Source: Candidatus Bathyarchaeia archaeon (GTDB lineage Archaea; Thermoproteota; Bathyarchaeia; 40CM-2-53-6; DTGE01). Taken from it: DNA of 64,000 bases. Shown here piece by piece: positions 1 to 10,169 of the stretch (positions are counted from its first letter, which is position 1; the number at the start of each line of letters is the position of its first letter). The stretch covers positions 73,050-137,049 of the forward strand of contig JAWCKG010000001.1 of the NCBI GenBank assembly GCA_038852285.1, given 5' to 3'. The notes under the pieces are model-generated. The model was given only the letters and a program-made list of their open reading frames with translations, ran no database searches and was not told the DNA's origin. A program made the translations under genes and the position numbers.

Positions 1-1164
1 GGCTACATCCTTGTCCCCCCGGCCTGAGAGGGTGACCACGATTGTTTCGTCTTTTCCCATCTTTTTGGCCAGTTTCTTAGCGTATGCTAGAGCGTGGCAT
101 GGCTCTAGGGCTGGAACGATGCCTTCAACCCTAGACAGCTCGACGAAGCATGATAAGGCCTCCTCATCGGTCACGGCGTCGTATTCGACTCTTCCAACGC
201 TTTTTAGAAAGCTGTGTTCAGGACCCACACCTGGATAGTCTAAGCCCGCTGAAACGCTATGCGTGTTCTTGATCTGCCCGTGTTCGTCTTGAAGAACGTA
301 GGTTAACATGCCGTGAAAAACGCCTTCTGATCCGGCTGCGAGGGAGGCGGCGTGTTTACCGGTGTTTAACCCAGCGCCACCCGCCTCCACGCCGTACATT
401 TTAACGTCTAAATCCTCCAAGAATGGGTAGAATGTTCCCATGGCGTTGCTTCCCCCTCCCACGCAGGCCACTAGGGCGTCTGGAAGCTTTCCCTCCTTTT
501 CAGCCATCTGCGCCCTGATCTCCCATCCGATGACGCTTTGGAAGTCTCTCACCATCATTGGATATGGATGTGGGCCAACCGTGGAGCCGATTAAATAGTA
601 GGTGGTTTGAGGGTTGGTAACCCAGTCCCTGAGGGCTTCGTTGATCGCGTCTTTTAGGGTTTTAGAACCTGAGCTCACCGGGTGAACCTCGGCGCCGAGA
701 AGCTTCATCCTAAACACGTTAAGCCTCTGCCTCCGCATGTCATCGACACCCATGTAAACCTCGGCTTTTAAGCCCAGCGCGGCGCAAGCCATGGCCGTGG
801 CCACCCCATGCTGGCCCGCACCTGTTTCGGCGATCACCCTTCTTTTACCCATTTTTTTCGCCAGCAACGCTTGACCGATCGTGTTGTTAATTTTATGGGC
901 TCCACCATGAGCCAGGTCTTCGCGTTTAAGGTATATCTTCGCTCCCCCAACCCTTCTAGTGAGGTTTTCGGCGAAGTAGAGGGGGGTAGGTCTTCCAGCG
1001 AACTCCTTGAGGTAGTACTCCAACTCCGACCGGAACCCTAAGTCCTCTTTAAATTTCAAGTAGGATTCCTCCAGCTCCATCAACACGGGCATGAGGGTTT
1101 CAGGTATGAATCTCCCCCCATATTTCCCGAATTTACCCTTTACCGGGTACGTGGTTAACCTCAC
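1..1164 (-). CDS. trpB: Tryptophan synthase beta chain. Partial: the C-terminal end lies beyond the window start.
   Basis: Reverse-strand translation from GTG at 1164 (overlapping the trpF stop as GTGA) gives [22 protein letters not shown]...HGGAHKINN...[10 protein letters not shown]. These are PLP-dependent TrpB signatures. No stop appears before position 1. Confidence 0.85.
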   Translation of the reverse strand, partial: MRLTTYPVKGKFGKYGGRFIPETLMPVLMELEESYLKFKEDLGFRSELEYYLKEFAGRPTPLYFAENLTRRVGGAKIYLKREDLAHGGAHKINNTIGQALLAKKMGKRRVIAETGAGQHGVATAMACAALGLKAEVYMGVDDMRRQRLNVFRMKLLGAEVHPVSSGSKTLKDAINEALRDWVTNPQTTYYLIGSTVGPHPYPMMVRDFQSVIGWEIRAQMAEKEGKLPDALVACVGGGSNAMGTFYPFLEDLDVKMYGVEAGGAGLNTGKHAASLAAGSEGVFHGMLTYVLQDEHGQIKNTHSVSAGLDYPGVGPEHSFLKSVGRVEYDAVTDEEALSCFVELSRVEGIVPALEPCHALAYAKKLAKKMGKDETIVVTLSGRGDKDVA

Positions 1165-1811
1165 GGCCTAGCCTCCTTCGCCTCAGCGATGAACCTACGC
1201 ATCTTCATCCTGTCTTTGACTCCCGGTTTTTCCTCGACGCCGCTTGAAACGTCAACCCCGTAGGGTTTAACCATTCTTATGGCTTTAGCCACGTTCTCCG
1301 GAGTTAGCCCTCCAGCCAGTATTAAGGGGATGGGGGTTATTGCGTCCCTGATCTTCCTGCTCAGGGCCCAGTCGTGAGACACGCCGGTTCCGCCGAGCCC
1401 GTCTAACCCCCCGGTGTCGAGGAGCACGGATCCGAACCTTTGAGAGCACTCTAACGATAGCTTTAATGCGTGGGGTGAGCGCCCATTCACAGCCAAAACG
1501 CAGTTCAAGTTTATTGAGCGGATTTCAGGCGTATAGTAGAGGATTCGTTCAACGTCTCCGTGAAGCTGGAGTTGGTCAACCCTCAAGCTGTAGGCGATCT
1601 CACGGATTTCCTCGATGGAGTTGAAGACGGAGACGGCTACTTTGTCGACGTGTTCGGGAACGAAGCTCAACAACTCTTGGGCTCTACTCATAGACAGGTT
1701 TCTCGGCGAGGATGGGGTTTTCACCACGAATCCGAGGGAGTCAACCCCGGCCTCGACAGCGGCTTTAACGTCCCTTTCACTCGTCACCCCACAGATTTTA
1801 ACTTTAACCAA
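1161..1811 (-). CDS. trpF: Phosphoribosylanthranilate isomerase
   Basis: ORF starts [30 protein letters not shown], typical of PRAI. It sits inside the trp gene string. Confidence 0.85.
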   Translation of the reverse strand: MVKVKICGVTSERDVKAAVEAGVDSLGFVVKTPSSPRNLSMSRAQELLSFVPEHVDKVAVSVFNSIEEIREIAYSLRVDQLQLHGDVERILYYTPEIRSINLNCVLAVNGRSPHALKLSLECSQRFGSVLLDTGGLDGLGGTGVSHDWALSRKIRDAITPIPLILAGGLTPENVAKAIRMVKPYGVDVSSGVEEKPGVKDRMKMRRFIAEAKEARP

Positions 1812-1816
1812 TTCGA

Positions 1817-2623
1817 TTAAGCCTCCACTAGGCTCCTAACTTTTTCCTCCACGCTTCGAGCCGACATAACCGCTGAGCCGACGAGGAAGGCTTTAGCTCC
1901 GAAGGCTTTAAGACGCCTCACATGGCTTGGGGATGAGATGCCGCTTTCAGCGACGGTCAACCGGTTTGGCGTAGGGTATTTTCTCAAAAGACGCTCCGCG
2001 ACGTGTAGGTCGACGTTGAGGGTTCTCAGGTCTCTGTTGTTTATTCCTATCAGGTCCGCCTTCGAGCTCACCGCGTTTCTGAACTCGTCTTCGGTATGAG
2101 CCTCCAGCAAGACCTCTAAGCCTAGTGAATGAGCATAGTCGATCATTTCCCTTAATCCAGCGTCACTATAACCGTTATCGAATATGGCTTCTATGAGGAG
2201 AACCGCGTCGGCTCCCGCTCGATAAGCCGCGTCGACCTGAACCCTACTTACAATAAAGTCCTTCATCAAAAGGGGTATGGAAATGCGTCTTTGAAGTATT
2301 TGGAGAGTGTTTAAGGAGCCTTTAAACCATTTCGGCTCTGTTATAACGGAGACCCCTGCTGCTCCGCCGTTCTTCATGGCCGAGGCCACACTTAACGCAT
2401 CCACGTTCTCCCTTAAAGGCCTCCCAGAGGGTGACGCGACCTTGATCTCCGCGATGATGGGATTCTTACCGCATTTGAGCGTGTGAATAACCCCTTCCTT
2501 GAGGCTGATGGCCCTGCGCGGCCTAAACCGCTTCGCCGAAACAGCTCCGACTTCACATTCATAGTATCCGCTTTCAACGGTTTTCCAAGCCCCTAGGGAA
2601 AAGGCGGCTAAATAATCACTCAT
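1817..2623 (-). CDS. trpC: Indole-3-glycerol-phosphate synthase. The ORF track extends to 2662; the Met at 2623 gives a 4-nt gap to the trpD stop and is the likelier start.
   Basis: IAEIKVASPSG and LLIEA motifs of IGPS. Operon context. Confidence 0.85.
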   Translation of the reverse strand: MSDYLAAFSLGAWKTVESGYYECEVGAVSAKRFRPRRAISLKEGVIHTLKCGKNPIIAEIKVASPSGRPLRENVDALSVASAMKNGGAAGVSVITEPKWFKGSLNTLQILQRRISIPLLMKDFIVSRVQVDAAYRAGADAVLLIEAIFDNGYSDAGLREMIDYAHSLGLEVLLEAHTEDEFRNAVSSKADLIGINNRDLRTLNVDLHVAERLLRKYPTPNRLTVAESGISSPSHVRRLKAFGAKAFLVGSAVMSARSVEEKVRSLVEA

Positions 2624-3686
2624 GCTCCTCCAATTCCTCCAGTTTTTCCACGCTCCCTCCACTAAGCTTGATCAAGGATTTCAATTTCTGGTAGGCCAAA
2701 CCGGTGCGGATGGATTCCAAAGCGGCCTCCAACCCCTCCTCAACCGACACCACACCGCCTCCCAAGTAGATGGCGGCCGCCGCGTTCAACAGCACGATGT
2801 TAAGCCTAGACACATCCCTAGGTGACCGTTGGACTCCACTCCCTCGAAGAACCCTGAACGCTATCGAGGCGTTTTCTTCAGGCGTGCGACCCTCAAGATG
2901 GGTTTTGTCAGCGGTTTCTAACCCCAAATCCGCTGGACGGGTTATCGAAGTGGTGATTTCCCCATGATTCAGCTCGGTTATTTTAGTTTCTCCGATTGTG
3001 GATATCTCATCCAGACCGTCGAGGCCGTAAACTACAAGGGCCCTCTTCACGCCTAAGCGGTTTAACACCTTGGCCAGGAGCTCTGTGAGCTGTCCATCGT
3101 ATACGCCGAGGAGTTGAGCTTGAGCGTTGGCCGGGTTTGTTATTGGACCTAGCAGGTTGAAGACGGTTCTGATGCCGATTTCTCGACGGGGCTTAAGGAC
3201 ATGTTCCATGGCTGGGTGGAAAAGTGGAGCGTACATGAATCCAACTCCGATTTCCTCGATAGATTTTTCCACTGATTGAGGGGGCGTTGAAAGGTTGAAT
3301 CCTAGGGCTTCGAGAAGGTCAGCGCTCCCGCATCGACTAGTAATCGAGCGGTTTCCATGCTTCGCTATCGGGACGCCAGCCCCAGCAGCTACGAAGGCCG
3401 CAATGGTGCTGACGTTAAAGGTTTTAAACTTATCACCACCCGTCCCACATGTGTCGACCAATATACCCGAGACGTGAGGATGTATTTGCCGGCTGAACTT
3501 ACGCATCACGGCGGCTAAGCTCGCGATTTCATCCACAGTCTCCCCTTTCATCCTGAGGGCCGTGAGAAAGGAGGCTATTTGAGAATCGGTTGCTTCGCCT
3601 CGCATGATCTCCATCATTATTTTTTCCGCTTCTAAGCTGGTGAGGTCCTGTCCCTCAGTAAGCCTCAATATGCCTTCCCTAATCAT
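2616..3686 (-). CDS. trpD: Anthranilate phosphoribosyltransferase
   Basis: VDTCGTGGDKFKTFNVST PRPP-binding signature. 356 aa. Confidence 0.9.
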   Translation of the reverse strand: MIREGILRLTEGQDLTSLEAEKIMMEIMRGEATDSQIASFLTALRMKGETVDEIASLAAVMRKFSRQIHPHVSGILVDTCGTGGDKFKTFNVSTIAAFVAAGAGVPIAKHGNRSITSRCGSADLLEALGFNLSTPPQSVEKSIEEIGVGFMYAPLFHPAMEHVLKPRREIGIRTVFNLLGPITNPANAQAQLLGVYDGQLTELLAKVLNRLGVKRALVVYGLDGLDEISTIGETKITELNHGEITTSITRPADLGLETADKTHLEGRTPEENASIAFRVLRGSGVQRSPRDVSRLNIVLLNAAAAIYLGGGVVSVEEGLEAALESIRTGLAYQKLKSLIKLSGGSVEKLEELEEHE

Positions 3687-3690
3687 GCGT

Positions 3691-4272
3691 TTAAACCTCG
3701 TCGAGAAAGTTTTTCAACATTCTCTTTCCCTCCTGGGTGAGAATCGACTCCGGGTGGAATTGAACTCCCTCAACCGGGTACTCAATGTGGCGTACACCCA
3801 TAACCTCCTGATCGTCCATGGATTTAGCGGAGACTTTGAGGCATGGAGGGATGGTAAAAATGTCGGCCACAAGGGAATGATACCGCGTGGCTTCAAAGGG
3901 GTTTGGAAGACCCTTGAACACGCCCCCACCGTCGTGGCTTATCATGCTCGTTTTCCCATGCATAAGCCTACGCGCGTGTGTGATTTGGCCACCATAGGCG
4001 TAGACGATTCCCTGATGTCCCAAACATACACCTAGGATAGGTGTTTTGAAGCCCATTTCTTTAATGATCGCGAGGCAGTTTCCGAAGTATCGCCTGTCGT
4101 CGGGTGATCCTGGCCCCGGCGACAAAACTATCCTGTCGGGCTTAAGGGCCTTAATCCTTCTTACCGATATTTTATCGCTCCTGTAAATAGTTGGAGAAGC
4201 CCCTAGCTCGCCGAGATATTGAAGAATGTTGTAGACGAATGAATCATAATTGTCGACTAACAGGACGTTCAA
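3691..4272 (-). CDS. trpG: Anthranilate synthase component II (class I glutamine amidotransferase)
   Basis: GVCLGHQ catalytic Cys motif plus H/E triad region. 193 aa. Overlaps trpE by 4 nt. Confidence 0.9.
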   Translation of the reverse strand: MNVLLVDNYDSFVYNILQYLGELGASPTIYRSDKISVRRIKALKPDRIVLSPGPGSPDDRRYFGNCLAIIKEMGFKTPILGVCLGHQGIVYAYGGQITHARRLMHGKTSMISHDGGGVFKGLPNPFEATRYHSLVADIFTIPPCLKVSAKSMDDQEVMGVRHIEYPVEGVQFHPESILTQEGKRMLKNFLDEV

Positions 4273-5621
4273 GACCTCTCCTCCGCCAGCTTTAAGGCCT
4301 TTATCAAAGCCATCGCTTTAAGCTCCGTTTCAATCCATTCTCGGGTAGGATTTGAGTCCGCGACGATGCCCGCGCCAACCTGAATGTGAGCCTTATCGCC
4401 GTCGGCGGTCAGCGTTCGTATGGTTATGGCGAAGTCTGCGTCGCCGTTGTAGGAGAAGTATCCAACAGCGCCTGCGTATGGGCCTCTCCTAGTTGGCTCA
4501 AGCTCATCTATGATTTCCATAGCCCTGACTTTAGGGGCGCCTGACACCGTGCCAGCTGGAAAAACGGCTTTAAACACGTCGAATGAGTCGCGTTGAGGCG
4601 ATAGGCGGCCAGTCACCTTGGATACGATGTGCTGTACATGGCTGTATTGGTGTACGACCATGAACTCGGGGACCTGGATTGACCCGTAATCGCACACCTT
4701 CCCTAAGTCGTTTCTAGCTAAGTCGACTAACATGATGTGCTCAGCTCTTTCTTTCTCGTCTGAGAGAAGCTCCTCAGCGAGGGCTTGGTTAAGATACGGG
4801 TTGTCAAGTTTAGGCCTCGTTCCAGCAATCGGATAAGTTTCAACAACTCCATTCTCAACCCTCGCTAGCATTTCAGGGCTGGATCCCACGACCTGCCTTG
4901 CGCCATGCTTTAAGAAATACATGTAAGGTGAGGGGTTAATTCTCCTCAGTTGCCTGTAGAATCCTATAAGGTCACCTTGAAAGTTAAATTCAAACCGTTT
5001 GGAGATGACAACTTGAAATATGTCTCCGTTAAAAATGTAATGTTTCGCCTTCTTAACGTTCTCTTCAAACATCTCTTGATCTACGTTTACCTTCGGCTCG
5101 GTGAACGTTAATCCGTTTTCAACATTCCCCAGAGGCTTTTGAAGGTGCTTTTCAACTTCGCGAAATCGACATTCCCCGCGATAATAGTAGTAGGCCCTTC
5201 CTTCAAGGTGGTTAAAGACCAAGCCGTCATCGTATACTCCCATTTCAACGTCGGGGAAGTTCAGGTCATCGACGGGTTTCCCTGTTAAGTGTTCCCAGCG
5301 TCTAACGGTGTCGTAAGACACGTATCCCACCGCGCCTCCGACAAGACGATCTCCCACGTGAACTCTATTTTCCATCACCGTGTTTCTTATCGGTTTTAAT
5401 GGGTTGTCGCATTTATCGGCTCTTCGCTCATCTCCGTTTTGAACCTCAACTGTCCCGTTTTTCACCGCGATCAGTTTATTGGGGTTGAAACCTATAAAAG
5501 AGAATTCGGCGAGTTTTCTCGGGCCTTCACCCGACTCTAGAAGGTACAGGTTTTGACACTCGTCGAATAGGTTTATAAAATACTCTAAGGGGTCTCGGTA
5601 TGGGATTTCCCTGTAACCCAT
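4269..5621 (-). CDS. trpE: Anthranilate synthase component I
   Basis: 450 aa chorismate-binding enzyme with GTRPK and GAGIVADS motifs. First gene of the operon. Confidence 0.9.
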   Translation of the reverse strand: MGYREIPYRDPLEYFINLFDECQNLYLLESGEGPRKLAEFSFIGFNPNKLIAVKNGTVEVQNGDERRADKCDNPLKPIRNTVMENRVHVGDRLVGGAVGYVSYDTVRRWEHLTGKPVDDLNFPDVEMGVYDDGLVFNHLEGRAYYYYRGECRFREVEKHLQKPLGNVENGLTFTEPKVNVDQEMFEENVKKAKHYIFNGDIFQVVISKRFEFNFQGDLIGFYRQLRRINPSPYMYFLKHGARQVVGSSPEMLARVENGVVETYPIAGTRPKLDNPYLNQALAEELLSDEKERAEHIMLVDLARNDLGKVCDYGSIQVPEFMVVHQYSHVQHIVSKVTGRLSPQRDSFDVFKAVFPAGTVSGAPKVRAMEIIDELEPTRRGPYAGAVGYFSYNGDADFAITIRTLTADGDKAHIQVGAGIVADSNPTREWIETELKAMALIKALKLAEERS

Positions 5622-5745
5622 CGTATGGCGTTCTTGAGGCTTGAAGTGTATGGTTGCGGCGTGTCCAAACTCGATCCCTCATGGTTGTGATCCTCCGAGG
5701 CAGATGCGTTTATTTATATGCGAGAAGGGATTATATAAATCTTAT

Positions 5746-5761
5746 CTGTACATAAATGTAC
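5746..5761 (-). promoter_or_regulatory. Inverted TGTACA boxes (TGTACAT-AA-ATGTACA) upstream of trpE, next to two TATA-like AT boxes at about 5698-5713 and 5728-5743. Candidate trp operator/promoter.
   Basis: Perfect 7-bp inverted arms are visible in the sequence. TGTACA is the published TRP-box consensus bound by the archaeal trp regulator TrpY in Methanothermobacter. Confidence 0.35.
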
Positions 5762-5826
5762 ATACACCAGCGAGGAGGAAACAGAAACACCTTAAGGAGT
5801 CAAATCCACAAAAAGGAGCTGGCCAG

Positions 5827-6285
5827 CTAAAGAGTCCTCTCGTTCAAAACCATTTCAACGATGTAGCCAGCCTTCCGCGCTTCCCGATCCACCAGCCCTC
5901 TTACCTTCGACCAATCAAATTCATACTTGTAGTCTTTCCCAAACAACTTCGAAAGCTCCTCAACGCTTCCAACCCTCTCCTTGCCCATCACCTTATATTT
6001 CTCAGCTTTAAATCCGAAGCCTGGAGAAATGTCTTCGCCTCCGGACACCCCTACACCTGTTTCTTTCAATGTTTCGAAGAATTTCACCTTTCTCGAGTCA
6101 TCATCCACACGTAATTTCGCCCTGTACATCAACGCCTTCTTAGAAAGAAAGACCTTCCTTTCCGCGACCTTCATTTCAAGCGAAAGTACACCCTCCTTCT
6201 CCTCTTTAAAGCTCGCAGGCAGGTCCTTACAGGCCTTAATAATTCTCTCCTTTAACGACATATGAACCATACACCTAACTTCCAC
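5827..6285 (-). CDS. Hypothetical protein (152 aa, Lys/Glu-rich; real start may be the internal MSLKERI)
   Basis: Intact ORF between the trp promoter region and a divergent promoter region. I recognise no motifs. Confidence 0.35.
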   Translation of the reverse strand: MEVRCMVHMSLKERIIKACKDLPASFKEEKEGVLSLEMKVAERKVFLSKKALMYRAKLRVDDDSRKVKFFETLKETGVGVSGGEDISPGFGFKAEKYKVMGKERVGSVEELSKLFGKDYKYEFDWSKVRGLVDREARKAGYIVEMVLNERTL

Positions 6286-6378
6286 GCCTACGCATACATG
6301 TAACAGTATTTAAACATTTAATGGTAGAGCTGTGATAAGAATCGATTACCCTTCATGTGTTGTTGAGCGATTTCGACT

Positions 6379-7761
6379 TTGACGTTCGCGACAACCGTTA
6401 ATAACTCCGGAAAATTAATATTTTCTATGCTTTTCGGCCCAGCGGTGGAGTTCGCCGCCACTATGTTGAAAGGGGTTGAACGAAAAGGAGTCAGCGAGAG
6501 AACTGAATTTTACGAGGAGTTGAAGAAGCGTCCTAAGCTTGCTCCTCAAACCGCTCGCTTCGCGTATCTTTTAGGCTGTGAAACGATTAGAAGATTGAAC
6601 TTCATAGATAAAGCGTTACTTAAAGCCATAGGAGGATGTGTCGGTGAGCTCAGCCTTGAAGCATTAAACATTCTAAGGATTTACGTTTACTGGTTTATGT
6701 TCAAGGAAACAACCACTGAAGATCGTGTGAGCTTTCTGAAAGATGCGGCGTCCCTGTTGAGGGGTGAAGATCGCCGTCACCTCATGGAGGCCGCTTTAAA
6801 GCTTTATGAGTTCAAACGGGGAAGGCTTCTAAACAAGCTTAGCGATGTTGAGAGGATTTCTCTTGAAAAATTTCATCCTGAATGGTTTGTTGAATACTGT
6901 TTTAGAAGGTTTGGTAAGAAGTTTTCTCTCCACCTGATGGACTCAAACAACCAGGTTAAACCCACGTATCTTCGAGTCAACACGTTAAAAGCAGACGAGG
7001 AGGAGGTGTTAGAGAGTTTAAGGCGTGAGGGTGTCCGTTTAAAACCTGTTCCAGGAGTGAAGTATGTTTACCGATTAGTGGGAACTAGAGTCCGTCTTCA
7101 TAGGGGTAAACACTACCATGCGGGGCTTTTCACAATTCAGGATAAAGCCAGCTGCATGGCCGTGTACTCGTTGGGCCCAACACCTGGAGAAGAGGTAATG
7201 GATGTATGCGCTGCGCCTGGGGGAAAAACATCCTTAATCGCTCAGTTGATGGAGAACGATGGAAGGATCTTTTCCTTGGACAGCTCTAAGAGCCGCATGG
7301 AAATTTGGAGGAGGGAAATGGCGAGGATGGGAGTTCAAATCGCCCATCCCATCCTAGGCGACGCGGCTAATCCTCCGGTAAAAATGTTAGTGGACCGATT
7401 GTTAATCGACCCTCCCTGCTCAGGAACAGGCTCCTTCAACGTGTTTCCAGGCATGAAGTGGCGTCTCGACATGAAAGCTCTTGACTCATATTCTAGGCTT
7501 CAGCGCATGATATTGAATCGTTCCTCCCAGTTTCTTAGAGTTGGGGGAGTTATGGTATACTCCGTTTGCAGTGTGATGGTTGAGGAGGGTGAAAAGGTCG
7601 TCGAAGCGTTCCTTAATCAAAACCCAAACTTCGAGCTGCTCCCAGCATACCCTGGGTTAGGGTCTCCACCGTTGATGGGTCATCCAGGGCCTGTTAGGGT
7701 TTACCCACATCTCGACGGGTGTTTCGGGTTTTTCATCGCCAAGTTGAGGAGGGTTGATTAA
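6379..7761 (+). CDS. NOL1/NOP2/Sun-family RNA cytosine-C5 methyltransferase with N-terminal NusB-like domain
   Basis: SAM-binding motif DVCAAPGGKT. Catalytic motif IV IDPPCSGTG and motif VI YSVCS. Confidence 0.8.
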   Translation: MTFATTVNNSGKLIFSMLFGPAVEFAATMLKGVERKGVSERTEFYEELKKRPKLAPQTARFAYLLGCETIRRLNFIDKALLKAIGGCVGELSLEALNILRIYVYWFMFKETTTEDRVSFLKDAASLLRGEDRRHLMEAALKLYEFKRGRLLNKLSDVERISLEKFHPEWFVEYCFRRFGKKFSLHLMDSNNQVKPTYLRVNTLKADEEEVLESLRREGVRLKPVPGVKYVYRLVGTRVRLHRGKHYHAGLFTIQDKASCMAVYSLGPTPGEEVMDVCAAPGGKTSLIAQLMENDGRIFSLDSSKSRMEIWRREMARMGVQIAHPILGDAANPPVKMLVDRLLIDPPCSGTGSFNVFPGMKWRLDMKALDSYSRLQRMILNRSSQFLRVGGVMVYSVCSVMVEEGEKVVEAFLNQNPNFELLPAYPGLGSPPLMGHPGPVRVYPHLDGCFGFFIAKLRRVD

Positions 7762-8684
7762 GAGGATTTCTGCGAGGCGGATACGAGTTCGAATATGGTT
7801 TTGGCCGCGAGAATTGAGGTAACTCCGCAATCAGGCAGCAGGGGGGTTCCCTCCGTGACGTCGAAGCCTAAAACACGTCTTCCCTCCAAGCGGTTTAATA
7901 CTCCAAACATCGTGGTGGGGGAGAGGCCCTCAGGCTCAGGGTTTCCAACGCCTGGAGCGTAGGATGGGTCGAAGACATCCATGTCGAGGGAAACGTATAC
8001 TTTGTCTAGGCGGGTTAGCTCGCGTTCAACCTCCTTGAATACGGCTTGACCCTTTTCCATAAACGCCCTCGAACCAAGGTACTTCAACCCACATTTCCTG
8101 ACAAACGCGATCTCCTCTTCACACGCTGCCCTTACCCCTAGGTGAACGATCTTATCAGCGCCCCTTTCTTCGATAATTCTCCTAAGAACCGAGGCGTGTC
8201 CGATGGTGCTGCCCATGTATTCCGGCCTAACGTCGAAGTGGGCGTCTAGGATCAGTAAACCCACATCCATGCTCAAAGCCCTAGAGGCCCCAAGCGTCAC
8301 CGTATGCTCCCCACCAACCATGATAATTTTCTTCTTATCCTTCAGAATGTTGAAGCAAGCCTTCCTAACGGACTCAACAACTTCCCCCGCGTTGTTGGAC
8401 ACGAAGAGGTCGCCGGCATCGTGGATTTTAGCCTTCTCAACATCGTAGTTATGCCTAAAGCTGTAGCCTTCGATGTTGACCGAGGCCTCCCTAACTGATG
8501 AAGGGAAAAACCTTGACCCAGGCCTGTAGGTGGAGGTTCCGTCGAACGGCGCGCCGAAGAAAACGTATTCAGCCTCCTCATAGCCTGTAGAGGAGTTTAG
8601 AAACCTCCCTACGGTTGAAAAGTAAAATTCCGACATGTTTCGGCCATCCTTACCTTCCACCTTCAACCTCAACACCATTAGCAC
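7758..8684 (-). CDS. speB: Agmatinase/arginase-family ureohydrolase
   Basis: Mn-binding signatures GGEHTVTLG, DAHFD and SLDMDVFDP. Confidence 0.8.
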   Translation of the reverse strand: MLMVLRLKVEGKDGRNMSEFYFSTVGRFLNSSTGYEEAEYVFFGAPFDGTSTYRPGSRFFPSSVREASVNIEGYSFRHNYDVEKAKIHDAGDLFVSNNAGEVVESVRKACFNILKDKKKIIMVGGEHTVTLGASRALSMDVGLLILDAHFDVRPEYMGSTIGHASVLRRIIEERGADKIVHLGVRAACEEEIAFVRKCGLKYLGSRAFMEKGQAVFKEVERELTRLDKVYVSLDMDVFDPSYAPGVGNPEPEGLSPTTMFGVLNRLEGRRVLGFDVTEGTPLLPDCGVTSILAAKTIFELVSASQKSS

Positions 8685-8874
8685 CTCTGTGCGGTATTGG
8701 ATTTAAAATTACGCGACAGATAATTTGAAGGAGGTTTCTACCACATTTATCCAGACGTCTTGCAAACTCGAGCTCCTAGGACGCTGAAGAGTTTTAGAAT
8801 CGTTTAAAACACCATCTTTAAGTATTTTAACCGTTTTAAAGGATTGAGAATAGAGAAACTAGTATAAACAGAGG

Positions 8875-9282
8875 ATGTGTAGTGGGTTGAAAACTTTTCG
8901 GTTAAATACTGGTTTATTGGTTTCAGGCTTATACTTTATTTTGCAGTCGCTCCTATCTTCTTTAATCCTTATCATTCAAGGCGCGTTCAGTCCCGTCCTA
9001 ATCCTTAACATCCTTTTAGGAATCATAGCAGGTTTGGGGGTTTTGATGAAAAGGAGGATAGGATTCTACATCGCCCTTCTCTCCGCCCCCATCGTGTTTA
9101 CCGCATTCTTTTTCCCCGCACTATACTCTCTCAATATGTTTAGGGGAGTCGAGGGCGCGTCCTTCTTCGCATACCAGGTCGGCTTAATCCTAGTAGGATT
9201 GACTTGGCCCATAATGTGCTTCGTACTCATAGACAAACGCGAGGAGTTCAAGAAAGGACAAGTCCTTGAAACGGCGAGCTAA
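8875..9282 (+). CDS. Small polytopic membrane protein, hypothetical
   Basis: 135 aa with 4 hydrophobic helices. Divergent from speB. Confidence 0.4.
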   Translation: MCSGLKTFRLNTGLLVSGLYFILQSLLSSLILIIQGAFSPVLILNILLGIIAGLGVLMKRRIGFYIALLSAPIVFTAFFFPALYSLNMFRGVEGASFFAYQVGLILVGLTWPIMCFVLIDKREEFKKGQVLETAS

Positions 9283-9356
9283 TCGCGTACCTAAAAAATA
9301 TACGTCGGAAATCATTGACTTAGGGGTTCGTGTTTCGATCATGAAGCAGCAAATAG

Positions 9357-10169
9357 GTGGTCGCATTGAAGCGCGATTCAAGACCTGAAATTCGCGAGTC
9401 CATTAAATCTAAAGTACGTGGAAAGCCTCGATTAAGGGCGGCGGCTAGACCGAGGGCCTCTCAAATGAATGGAGGGTTGGTTTCTTTCGTGATTCCAACG
9501 AGAAACGAGCCTAAAATCGGGACTTTAATCGAGGAGGTTAAACGCGTTATGAACTCCTTGCGGCGGAGGTTTGAGGTCATAGTGATCGATCGATCTGACG
9601 ACGATACGATGGAGAGAGCCGCCAAGGCTGGCGCTAAGGTCTATACTCAGAGTAGTGTAGGGTTGGGTGGGGCTTTGATGGAGGGTTTGCTGAAGGCGAA
9701 GGGCGATTTGGTGTTCACGATGGATGGCGATTTGAGCCATAACCCTCAGTATATTCCACGATTCTTACAAGGGGTGGAGTTGGGTTTCGACGTGGTGGTG
9801 GGTTCAAGGAAACTGCCCGGTGGGGGGATTAAGGGATGGGGTTTGAGTCGGAAGTTGATTTCAGCGGTGGCCAACGCGGTTGGAAGGTGGCTCGCGGGGG
9901 TAAACGTGTCAGACCTCACCTCAGGGTATCGAGTCTATACGGCGAAGGCTGTGAGAAGCCTAGATCCAAACCTCATCACGGCCAGGGGGTTTTCGTTCCA
10001 GCTTGAGATCCTGTTCCATTTGCTAAGGAATGGGTTTAAGGCGACCTCAGTACCCATCGTATTTGTGGACAGGAAAGTTGGAAGGTCCAAGTTGACGAAG
10101 AGGGAGGTTTTCGAGTTTCTCCGCACTGCCTTCAGGCTGCTTCGACTTCGAGTCAGGAATGTATGGTAA
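9357..10169 (+). CDS. GT2 glycosyltransferase, dolichyl-phosphate mannose/glucose synthase (DPM1)-like. The Met at 9465 is the likelier start.
   Basis: FVIPTRNE, IDRSDDDT, DGDLSHNP and SGYRVY motifs of DPM1/AglJ-type GT-A enzymes. The N-terminal 36 aa are Arg-rich and atypical. Confidence 0.8.
   Translation: MVALKRDSRPEIRESIKSKVRGKPRLRAAARPRASQMNGGLVSFVIPTRNEPKIGTLIEEVKRVMNSLRRRFEVIVIDRSDDDTMERAAKAGAKVYTQSSVGLGGALMEGLLKAKGDLVFTMDGDLSHNPQYIPRFLQGVELGFDVVVGSRKLPGGGIKGWGLSRKLISAVANAVGRWLAGVNVSDLTSGYRVYTAKAVRSLDPNLITARGFSFQLEILFHLLRNGFKATSVPIVFVDRKVGRSKLTKREVFEFLRTAFRLLRLRVRNVW

Noticed and set aside
11-1041. Plus-strand ORFs 11..238 and 808..1041
   Set aside because: They are antisense to a continuous, motif-rich trpB reading frame on the minus strand and have no recognisable domains.
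5641-6114. Plus-strand 157-aa ORF across the trp promoter and antisense to the 5827..6285 gene
   Set aside because: It starts within the AT-rich promoter region, has a low-complexity composition, and overlaps a better ORF on the opposite strand.
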